Of a DNA stretch of 64,000 bases, positions 57,130-64,000 are shown in pieces. The position numbers and the translations under genes are program-made. The notes beneath the pieces were generated by a model. That model had not been told where the DNA came from. It saw nothing but the letters and a program-made list of their open reading frames with translations, and did not search any database. The first letter of the stretch is position 1. Each line of letters starts with the position of its first letter. The stretch is from the NCBI GenBank assembly GCA_937921725.1, contig CAKZUH010000019.1, forward strand, positions 976 to 64,975. Reading direction: 5' to 3'. This stretch comes from an uncultured Chloroflexota bacterium (lineage in GTDB: Bacteria > Chloroflexota > Dormibacteria > Dormibacterales > Dormibacteraceae).

Positions 57130-58962
57130 CTACCTCAGCAGGCGGGTGTCTCCGACTCGCCGCGTTATGCGCTGCGCGTCCAGGTACTCGAGCAGCGCCA
57201 CCACCGGACGCCGGCTTGCGCCCATCCGGTCGCGGACCTGGGCCACGGTGACGGAGCCGGATGAGGCGACGATCTCCCTCACCAGCGACACCGCCGACTC
57301 GTACGCGTCCTTGGTGAACGCGATGTCATCGCTCACCCGCACAATGTCCCCGCGGTGCGCCAGGGCGCGGACGATCTCGGCAGTCGCTCCGGTCTGCTGC
57401 ATGGCCTCCGGCAACGACGGTGGCGCAAACGGCTGACGGCCGAGCGCCTCCAGCAGCGCCGAAGCGGGTCCGGCATCCGTTTCGAGGGCCACCTCATGCC
57501 CTGGCGCGGCAAGCCAACCGTTGCGCTCGACCGCCAGGCCGTCCTCGACGAGCCCTTGCACAACGGCGCCGAACGAGGCGGCGGGCACACCGAGGCGGCT
57601 CCGCAACTCCTCGCGGGCCATCCCGGGACGAAGCGGGAAGGCGCCGTGATAGGACTGCAGCTCGTCGGTTGCACGGCTCGCGATCGCTCCCCACGCGTCG
57701 ACGCTGTAGATCCAATCCCCGAATCGGCGCGCGTTCAGGCGGCCGACATCGGACTCGGGACCCACCGTTGCTTTGAGCAGAGCCGTCACCGTGACGCCGC
57801 GCGGATATTTGCGCAGCTCTTCATCCAGCACATTTCCCGCCGCGCGACGGACCAATGACTCGCGCACCACCGAGTCGTGTCGCGGGTGCTTGCGGGGATT
57901 GACGTCGACGAACGTCCCACCGGCGACGGTCGTCGCGGGGCTGGGCACCCGCAACACGAAGCGATCTCCTTCCGCCGCCGCGACCGGTCGCTCGAGATAG
58001 AGCTGGACCCAACCCTCCGCGCCCGGAGCCAATGCATCTCCGTCGAGGACGATGACGCGGCCCCCAACCTCGGCCGTGCCAGTATGCAGAAGCACCTCCG
58101 CGCCGTGCCGCAGCGGCGCTGCGGAACCAAGCACCCGGAGGCGGGCATCGATCCTGCGCACCGGCTGCACGGCCCGCGGCCGCGCGAGGACATCGCCGCG
58201 CGCGATGTCGCTTTTGTCGACTCCGCTCAGGTTTGCCGCGACGCGGCTGCCGGGCCCAACCTCCTCGGCCGCCTTGTTGTGCCGCTGGAGACCGCGAATT
58301 CGCACCGCGAGGCCGCCGGGCGAGACCTCCATTTCGTCGCCGACCTTGAGCGAACCGTCCACCAGCGTCCCGGTCACGACGGTGCCGAACCCCGTCATCG
58401 TGAAGACGCGGTCGATGGGCAGCCTGGGCCTGCCCAGGTCGGTCCGCGGCTCTATCCGCCCGAGGAGGTCGTCCAGGGCTGTCAGAAGATCGGCCATGCC
58501 TTCGTTGGTCACCGCCGACACAGCGATCATCGGCGCGCCTTCGATCGAGGTTCCCTTGATGGCCTCGCGCACGTCGGCCTTGACGAGCTCGAGCCACTCG
58601 CGGTCGACGAGGTCGACCTTCGTCAGCACGACGATCCCGCGCCGGACCTCCAGCAGGTCGACGATCTCCAGATGCTCGCGGGTCTGCGGCATGACCCCTT
58701 CGTCGGCCGCCACGACCAGCAGCACCGCGTCGAGGCCGTGCGCGCCCGCGAGCATGTTGCGCATGAACCGGGCGTGGCCTGGGACGTCGACGATTCCGAT
58801 CTCGCGCCCGCTTGGCAGGGTCAGGTTCGCGAAGCCGAGGTCGATCGTCATCCCCCGCCGCTTCTCCTCGGCCAGGCGGTCCGGGTCGATGCCGGTCAGC
58901 GCGGTGATGAGGGTCGACTTGCCATGGTCGATGTGGCCGGCGGTGCCGACGACGAAGCTCAC
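57130..58962 (-). CDS. selB: Selenocysteine-specific elongation factor
   Basis: [44 protein letters not shown] and TKVD. Long C-terminal winged-helix region. GTG 58962 forms a GTGA overlap with the selA stop. Confidence 0.92.
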   Translation of the reverse strand: MSFVVGTAGHIDHGKSTLITALTGIDPDRLAEEKRRGMTIDLGFANLTLPSGREIGIVDVPGHARFMRNMLAGAHGLDAVLLVVAADEGVMPQTREHLEIVDLLEVRRGIVVLTKVDLVDREWLELVKADVREAIKGTSIEGAPMIAVSAVTNEGMADLLTALDDLLGRIEPRTDLGRPRLPIDRVFTMTGFGTVVTGTLVDGSLKVGDEMEVSPGGLAVRIRGLQRHNKAAEEVGPGSRVAANLSGVDKSDIARGDVLARPRAVQPVRRIDARLRVLGSAAPLRHGAEVLLHTGTAEVGGRVIVLDGDALAPGAEGWVQLYLERPVAAAEGDRFVLRVPSPATTVAGGTFVDVNPRKHPRHDSVVRESLVRRAAGNVLDEELRKYPRGVTVTALLKATVGPESDVGRLNARRFGDWIYSVDAWGAIASRATDELQSYHGAFPLRPGMAREELRSRLGVPAASFGAVVQGLVEDGLAVERNGWLAAPGHEVALETDAGPASALLEALGRQPFAPPSLPEAMQQTGATAEIVRALAHRGDIVRVSDDIAFTKDAYESAVSLVREIVASSGSVTVAQVRDRMGASRRPVVALLEYLDAQRITRRVGDTRLLR

Positions 58963-60323
58963 CGGGTGATTTCCTTGACCGCCACCTCCACGGCGTCGAT
59001 CAGGGTCTCGTCCTCCCCTCTCAACACCGTCCGCGGGTCGATGCAGCACGCGTCCTTCTCTATGCGCGCGATCACGGGCGGGTCGCCGCGGCGCAGCGCG
59101 GTGAGCAGCCGCGACGCCGGCCCGCGCAGCGCGACCAGGACCGTGGGCAAACCGTGCCCCGGCACCGAACCCCCGCCGATCGCCGACTCTCCATCGACCA
59201 ACGTGGCTCCGACGTCGCGGTCCTCGAGCTTCACCACCCAGAGCGCGGCGCGCCTGCGGAGGTCTGCGGCACTGGCATGGAGCATGCGCTCGACCGGCAG
59301 GTCGGCGGAATGGCCTGTGAGGCGCTGGCGGAGCGTAGCCTCGAGCGCCGCGAGCGTGAGCTTGTCGATGCGCACCGCGCGGGCGAGCGGGTGGCGTGAC
59401 ATCTTCTTGACCGCCGCCTCACCGCTCGCGCCGTGGCCGAGCACGATGCCGGACTGCGGAGCGCCCAGCAGCTTGTCGCCGGAGAAGGTGACCACGTCGG
59501 AGTGCTGGAGCGATTCGGCGACCGTTGGTTCGTCGGCGATTGATTCCGTCGCGCCGCTGCCGAGGTCGTCGATCAGCAGAACGCCATTCCGGTGCGCCAC
59601 CTCCGCCATCGCGCCGAGCGACGCCGCCTCGGTGAAGCCCGTGACCCTGAAGTTCGACGTGTGCACGCGAAGCAGCGCCGCCGTGCGAGGCGTGATGGCC
59701 TCCTCGTAGTCGGACGCGCGGGTGCGGTTCGTCGTGCCCACCTCGACCATCCGCGCGCCGGAGAGCCGCATCACGTCCGGCATGCGAAAGGAACCGCCGA
59801 TCTCGACGAGCTGGCCGCGCGACACAACCACCTCTTTGCCCTTGCAGAGCGCGGTCAGCGCGAGCAGGACGGCTGACGCGTTGTTGTTGACGACCAACGC
59901 CGCGTCGCAGGCGAAGAGGGCGGTCAGATGGCCGGACACGAGCGCCGCCCGCTCGCCGCGGCGGCCGGTCTCGAGATCGAGCTCGAGGTTGCTGTAGCCG
60001 GCTGCCACGGCCAGCGCGTCGATCGCCGCCTGGGACAGCGGGGCGCGGCCCAGGTTGGTGTGGAGTACGACGCCCGTCGCGTTGATCACGCGACGCAGCT
60101 TCGGCGTCACCAGCGCGCGCAGTCGAGCGGTGACCGCACCCAGGCGTTCGGAGGCTTCCGCACCGCCCTTTCGCTCGGCGGCGAGCTGATCACGAATCGC
60201 CTCCACCACCCTCTCGCGCCCGTACTGGCCGGCAAGCCCGGCGTAGGCGGGCTCGTTGATCAGCGTCCCTACAGCAGGCAGGGACCCAGGCCGACCAGCG
60301 GTGGAATCGCGTAGCCGCTGCAT
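58959..60323 (-). CDS. selA: L-seryl-tRNA(Sec) selenium transferase
   Basis: [18 protein letters not shown] and [13 protein letters not shown] (PLP lysine). ATG 60323 is the only canonical start upstream of the conserved LPAVGTL. It overlaps the upstream gene by 55 nt. Confidence 0.9.
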   Translation of the reverse strand: MQRLRDSTAGRPGSLPAVGTLINEPAYAGLAGQYGRERVVEAIRDQLAAERKGGAEASERLGAVTARLRALVTPKLRRVINATGVVLHTNLGRAPLSQAAIDALAVAAGYSNLELDLETGRRGERAALVSGHLTALFACDAALVVNNNASAVLLALTALCKGKEVVVSRGQLVEIGGSFRMPDVMRLSGARMVEVGTTNRTRASDYEEAITPRTAALLRVHTSNFRVTGFTEAASLGAMAEVAHRNGVLLIDDLGSGATESIADEPTVAESLQHSDVVTFSGDKLLGAPQSGIVLGHGASGEAAVKKMSRHPLARAVRIDKLTLAALEATLRQRLTGHSADLPVERMLHASAADLRRRAALWVVKLEDRDVGATLVDGESAIGGGSVPGHGLPTVLVALRGPASRLLTALRRGDPPVIARIEKDACCIDPRTVLRGEDETLIDAVEVAVKEITR

Positions 60324-60979
60324 TGCCCTAATGAGATTAGGCTCGCGGGCTGGTAGAAGGGCGACATCACGTAGTCGAGCAGGTTGATGTGCTGCAGGAA
60401 GCTGAAGACGAACAGGACGATGAAACAGCCTGCCCAGATCTCGCGCCGCCTTACGTGGACGTCGAAGAAGAAGCGGGGATTCCGCCTCTGGAAGATCGCC
60501 TCGATGATGCCCCACCCGTCGAGGCCCGGGATGGGCAGCAGCTGGAAGGCGAAGATCGAGACGTTCAGGAACCAGATCGCGTAGATGCAGAGCCACAGGA
60601 ACCCGGGCCCGAGCTCGAAGCCCGGAAACAGGCCGAACCTCCCCATCGCGCGCAGGAGCAGGCCGAAGCCGATCGCCACGAGCAGGTTGGCAGCCGGTCC
60701 GCCGAGCTCGAACAGGACCTTTTGCCGCGTCGTGTTGATCCGGCCCGACTGCACAGAGACCTTCCTACCCCATCCGACCAGCGCCAGAAAGACCGCGAGA
60801 ACGCCAATCGGCTCGAGATACCGCCGCGGGTCGGGCGAGAAATATCCGAAGTAGCGCACGGACCGATCGCCGAGCAGGTACGCGGCGGCGGCGTGTCCCA
60901 TCTCATGCACTGGAATCGCAATGAAGAGTGCTGGGACGAGCGCGAGCAGCCCAAGGATGAAGAGGAGCAGCGTGCTCAT
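60269..60979 (-). CDS. M50 site-2 protease family protein (small, no PDZ)
   Basis: HEMGHAAAA (HExxH) in TM1 and NVSIFAFQLLPIPGLDG (LDG motif). The start is ATG 60979 or 61048. Confidence 0.82.
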   Translation of the reverse strand: MSTLLLFILGLLALVPALFIAIPVHEMGHAAAAYLLGDRSVRYFGYFSPDPRRYLEPIGVLAVFLALVGWGRKVSVQSGRINTTRQKVLFELGGPAANLLVAIGFGLLLRAMGRFGLFPGFELGPGFLWLCIYAIWFLNVSIFAFQLLPIPGLDGWGIIEAIFQRRNPRFFFDVHVRRREIWAGCFIVLFVFSFLQHINLLDYVMSPFYQPASLISLGQCSGYAIPPLVGLGPCLL

Positions 60980-60992
60980 CTTGGAGGGATTC

Positions 60993-61241
60993 TCAATCGA
61001 TCGGGATCTTGCGGTCGCGTTTCGTCGTTCGCCGCTTCGCGCCGGCACGCTTGACGCGTGACCTGGTCGGTGCCGGTGCGACGCGGTTCTCGTAGATCAG
61101 CATCAGCGCGGTGATGAGCTCGCGTTGGGCGTTCAGCAGGTGGACCTGCGCCGAGGGCGGCACCATGTCCGAGAGGACGTGCCCGAATCGCGAGCCGAGC
61201 TCGTTGACCAGCTCGATCACCCGCTCCCGGTCGCCGCTCAC
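60993..61241 (-). CDS. Small helical protein with basic tail, coupled to the ArsA-like ATPase
   Basis: 82 aa with strong GC3 codon bias. Its ATG overlaps the ArsA stop (ATGA). C-terminus is RVKRAGAKRRTTKRDRK. No family recognised. Confidence 0.5.
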   Translation of the reverse strand: MSGDRERVIELVNELGSRFGHVLSDMVPPSAQVHLLNAQRELITALMLIYENRVAPAPTRSRVKRAGAKRRTTKRDRKIPID

Positions 61242-62440
61242 GATTCTTTCACCACCTCAGGCTTGACTGTCTCCGGGCGGCGGGCGAAACGCACGCGCAG
61301 CTCGCCGTCCTGGATCGACGCGCCCACCGTGTCGCGCCTCGCGAGGACCCGCGGCAGCGCGATCTCGCGCCGGTAGTTGCCGACCGTGACGTAGAGCTCG
61401 CCGTTGTGCCGGCTCAGGTCGACGTCGGACCGATCCACGAACGGGACCTTGAGCGACAGGACGTACTCCGAGCCGTCCTTGTCGATTCGCTGCGTGTTGG
61501 ATGTGGCGAAACGATCCGCCGGGTTGCGCTCGCCGTAAATCGCGGCGGCCATGCGCGAAAGCATCTGGGCTCCCACCACCTCCTGGTCGAACAGCGGCAC
61601 GTTCAGGATCGGGATCCCGGCGAATGACTCTTCGACCTCGACGCGGTACTTCTCGTGGATCCGCTGCCATTTCTGGAACAGCTCGTCATGCAGCTCGCCG
61701 GGCAGGAGGCGGTTGACCACGACCGCGTCCGTCACGTAGCCGAAGAGGCTCAGGTACGTGTAGGCGCGCTTGGCCTCTTTGATCACCATCTTCTCGAGGT
61801 TCAGCACGATGCGCACGGTCGTCGTCTCGGCGTCGGTCAGCACCTTGCGCATGCCGTCGAGATCGAGGAGGAGGTCCTTCAGCGACGCGTAAACCTCGTC
61901 CGACGGCAGCGGCATGCTCATCATCGGCTGGAGCACGGGCCTTGCCACGCGCATCGCCCTCCGCGACCAGGGATAGATCTTGTCCAGCCACCATTTCGCG
62001 GCGTCGGGGAAGGTGAGGAGCTGCAGCGTCTCGCCCGTCGGGGCGCAGTCGACGATCAGCACGTCGTGCTGGTCGCGCTGCGCGTAGTGCTTGATCCACA
62101 TCAGGGACGCGACCTCGTCCATGCCCGGAGGATTCGCGACCTCATCGGCGAGGACCTCGTCGAGACCCTGGGTCGAGAAGACCTCGACCACGTATTCGTG
62201 GAGCTTCGCCCAGTGCCGCTGCATCTCGTGCAGCGACGAGACCTCGTGAGCCCAGAGGTTGTCCCCGACCTTGGTCGCCTCCGCGCCGAGCTCCACGTCG
62301 AACGAGTCGCCGAGGGAGTGCGCCGGGTCGGTGCTCATGACGAGGGTCCGGAGACCGGAGGCGGCGCAGCGGACGGCGGTCGCGGCGGCAACCGAGGTCT
62401 TGCCTACTCCACCCTTCCCGGTGAAAAGGATCACCCGCAC
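61238..62440 (-). CDS. ArsA/Get3-family ATPase with C-terminal HSP20-like domain
   Basis: ILFTGKGGVGKTS P-loop, STDPAHSL, DCAPTGETL and a C-terminal alpha-crystallin-like YVLSLKVPF...ELYVTVGNYRREIALP. Confidence 0.92.
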   Translation of the reverse strand: MRVILFTGKGGVGKTSVAAATAVRCAASGLRTLVMSTDPAHSLGDSFDVELGAEATKVGDNLWAHEVSSLHEMQRHWAKLHEYVVEVFSTQGLDEVLADEVANPPGMDEVASLMWIKHYAQRDQHDVLIVDCAPTGETLQLLTFPDAAKWWLDKIYPWSRRAMRVARPVLQPMMSMPLPSDEVYASLKDLLLDLDGMRKVLTDAETTTVRIVLNLEKMVIKEAKRAYTYLSLFGYVTDAVVVNRLLPGELHDELFQKWQRIHEKYRVEVEESFAGIPILNVPLFDQEVVGAQMLSRMAAAIYGERNPADRFATSNTQRIDKDGSEYVLSLKVPFVDRSDVDLSRHNGELYVTVGNYRREIALPRVLARRDTVGASIQDGELRVRFARRPETVKPEVVKES

Positions 62441-62443
62441 TTG

Positions 62444-62637
62444 GAGTGTCGCGCCCCCGAGATCCTTGCATCTTCGTGTCGTAGGCGGCCGGGCGCCTTC
62501 GGCGCTGAAGCCAGCGTCAAGGGGCCCGGCGCTGCGTCGTCACGCATCTGCCGATGCGCTCCTAGCTGCGCCACCCTTTCCTTGGCTCCGGCCGCCGACG
62601 CCCCGAATCTGCGGCGGATCTCGGCGTCGCGACACTC
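62444..62637. repeat. ~195-nt imperfect inverted repeat (long hairpin) abutting the ArsA start codon
   Basis: 62444..62465 (gagtgtcgcgcccccgagatcc) versus the reverse complement of 62616..62637 matches 20/22. The arms extend with about 74% identity to 62492 and 62588. Confidence 0.6.
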
Positions 62638-62683
62638 TGGAGAGTCTACGTGCGGTCGGTTGGCTCCTGCGTCGCGCTTGAGC

Positions 62684-63212
62684 TCATGCCCGCGGCAGCG
62701 TCGGCTTCAAAGTGCGCCTGCACTGCGTTTGGAGGTGCTGCAGGATCTGAAGAGTCAGCTCGGTGTTCCTCTCGGTCATCTGGCTGCCCTTGAGGATCGC
62801 CTTGAGGATCTCGACGTTCTGCTCATCGGCCTTATCCGCCTCGTTCGCGGCGTGCTCCAGCGTGAGCCTGTCCTTCTGCGCCTGGCGGTTTCCCGCGAGC
62901 AGCAGCACCGGGCCCGTGTAGGCGGCCTGGACGCTGAAGAGCAGGTTCAGGAGGATGAAGGGAACGGGTCCCAATACTTCACCAACCCGATGATGTTCAG
63001 GGTCAGCCACAGGAGGACGGCGATCGTCTGGATGATCAGGAACCTCCACGACCCAATGCCGGCGGCGGCCTTGTCGGCGACGCGCTCGCCGAGGGTCGCC
63101 TCCTCGTGGTGGATGACGTTGACGGGTGCCGGTGCTCCTACGGGTTCAGCTCGTGGCGGAGCAGCCTCTCCTTAAGCGCGGTCAGGCCGGTGTCGTTGGT
63201 TCGTACTGACAT
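62684..63212 (-). pseudogene. DUF1003-family membrane protein gene with two apparent -1 frameshifts
   Basis: Three frames read in sequence. The first is MSVRTNDTGLTALKERLLRHELNP. The second is VGAPAPVNVIHHEEATLGERVADKAAAGIGSWRFLIIQTIAVLLWLTLNIIGLVKYWDPFP. The third is FILLNLLFSVQAAYTGPVLLLAGNRQAQKDR... Breaks occur at GGG runs 63142..63144 and 62960..62962. Confidence 0.7.
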
Positions 63213-63252
63213 GGCGAAGCGAAACTCTCGGGTTTGGGTCGGGCCGTGTCTA

Positions 63253-63624
63253 TTACTTGACGATCAAAGGGACGGTGAGCGAGCCCACCGCGAGCAGGAC
63301 GATCATGGCCGCGCCGACCACCAGAAGCCGGACCAGGTCCTTGGTGAAGTACGGCACGCGGTCGAGGGGGATGGACGGGTCACCCGAATCGACGATGTAG
63401 CGGCCGCCGCGACCCTTCACGATCTGGTTGCGTGAGCCAAGCGACATCTCGACCGCCCGGACGAGCGCCTGGTCGCCGCCGACGCGAGCCTGCTGGGGGG
63501 TGCGGGTCGCGGTTGTGGCGGTGCCTCCGGTGGTCTGCGCGCCCACGGGGGTCAGCGGCCCGGCCGGCCTCATCGGCTGGCGGTACTTGGCGCCCTTGCC
63601 TCGCTTCTTGCCCTTGCGACTCAT
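63253..63624 (-). CDS. Tail-anchored small basic protein (hypothetical)
   Basis: 123 aa with strong GC3 bias. N-terminus is MSRKGKKRGKGAKYRQ. A single TM (LLVVGAAMIVLLAVGSLTVPLIV) ends 1 residue before the stop. Confidence 0.6.
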   Translation of the reverse strand: MSRKGKKRGKGAKYRQPMRPAGPLTPVGAQTTGGTATTATRTPQQARVGGDQALVRAVEMSLGSRNQIVKGRGGRYIVDSGDPSIPLDRVPYFTKDLVRLLVVGAAMIVLLAVGSLTVPLIVK

Positions 63625-63663
63625 AGATCTGCAAGTCTAAGGACGAGAAGTGAGGAGCATCGG

Positions 63664-63735
63664 GACAGGCAGGCGGGTAGGGAAGCGTGTGCTGCGTCGT
63701 GGGGTGCGACTCGGGAAGGAATCCGCCTGCCTGTC
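63664..63735. other. 13-bp perfect stem with 46-nt loop in an intergenic region
   Basis: gacaggcaggcgg (63664..63676) pairs with ccgcctgcctgtc (63723..63735). Lies in the 5' region of the minus-strand tail-anchored gene and upstream of the plus-strand partial ORF. Confidence 0.4.
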
Positions 63736-63846
63736 GTTGGGCCGTGGGACTCAACCTGCTGGGACGTTGACTACGACATGTTGTGTCCCGGGCGAAGTTA
63801 TAACCCCGAATGTAGTGATTGTCAAGAGTTTTCTCGAAAACGCATC

Positions 63847-64000
63847 GTGAGGAACGTCCCGCCGCCTCCCCCGCCCACGACAAATCCGCGACTGCGCTGG
63901 CTCCCCTACCTGTTCGGCGCGGGGGCTGTGTTCTGGCTCATCGAGATGACGCAGTTCGCGGCCTGGCTGGCGGCGCCGGTGGGCCGCGAGCAGTTCCAGC
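63847..64000 (+). CDS. Partial ORF (5' end only): Pro-rich N-terminus then a TM helix
   Basis: Open to the window edge: VRNVPPPPPPTTNPRLRWLPYLFGAGAVFWLIEMTQFAAWLAAP... The start is ambiguous (in-frame ATG 63778 or GTG 63847). Confidence 0.25.
   Translation, partial: MRNVPPPPPPTTNPRLRWLPYLFGAGAVFWLIEMTQFAAWLAAPVGREQFQ

Noticed and set aside
63677-63722. Cobalamin or SRP-RNA-like motifs (agggaagc, gggaaggaatcc).
   Set aside because: Only short chance matches are present. The B12 box and the SRP helix-8 consensus are absent.
63700-63810. Possible tRNA-Sec (selC) near selAB, suggested by ggactcaacc resembling a UCA anticodon loop.
   Set aside because: There is no GTTCRANTC T-loop and no 8-bp acceptor or long variable arm can be drawn. 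The sequence does not fold as a cloverleaf on either strand.

Overview
This is a visibly GC-rich (roughly two-thirds G+C by eye, not computed), densely packed chromosomal segment. The gene families look like a high-GC Gram-positive-like lineage (Actinomycetota, Chloroflexota or Dormibacterota style), but taxonomy cannot be settled from sequence alone. I support about 60 protein genes, one tRNA-Gln(CTG), one TPP riboswitch and one intein.

Content is mostly housekeeping or core metabolism:
- Cold-shock protein.
- A TetR-centred cluster: DoxX-Rieske fusion, two paralogous alpha/beta hydrolases and an EamA exporter.
- TPP riboswitch-cytX-thiD.
- pntAA-pntAB-pntB, korAB and two AlkA-like glycosylases.
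- pepF and an orphan histidine kinase.
- A lipid-metabolism cluster: PlsC, PLD, DUF1206-DAG kinase-PAP2-PAP2 and a third PAP2.
- GH13 enzyme, zwf and yvcK.
- Two Asp-box propellers and a YcaQ glycosylase.
- A DUF1232 gene-rplI-dnaB-purA block on the minus strand, with dnaB interrupted in its P-loop by a 410-aa LAGLIDADG intein.
- MFS transporter, acyl-CoA synthetase and glpX.
- A long co-directional minus-strand array: tail-anchored protein, frameshifted DUF1003, ArsA/Get3-HSP20 ATPase, small ORF, M50 protease, selA, selB, metF, ROK kinase and cca. After a gap it continues with a bactofilin, a coupled Lys/Pro-rich protein and glpX.

No transposase, integrase, CRISPR array, prophage or recognisable defence system was seen.

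The most novelty-prone items are hypotheses, not demonstrated systems:
- The Get3-like ArsA-HSP20, small ORF and site-2 protease module next to a textbook tail-anchored protein.
- A roughly 195-nt imperfect inverted repeat abutting the ArsA start codon.
- The translationally coupled lipid kinase and phosphatase operon.
- selA-selB with no selenoprotein, selC or selD in view.

Three apparent frameshift sites, two of them in G/C homopolymers, suggest either assembly indels or real pseudogenes.
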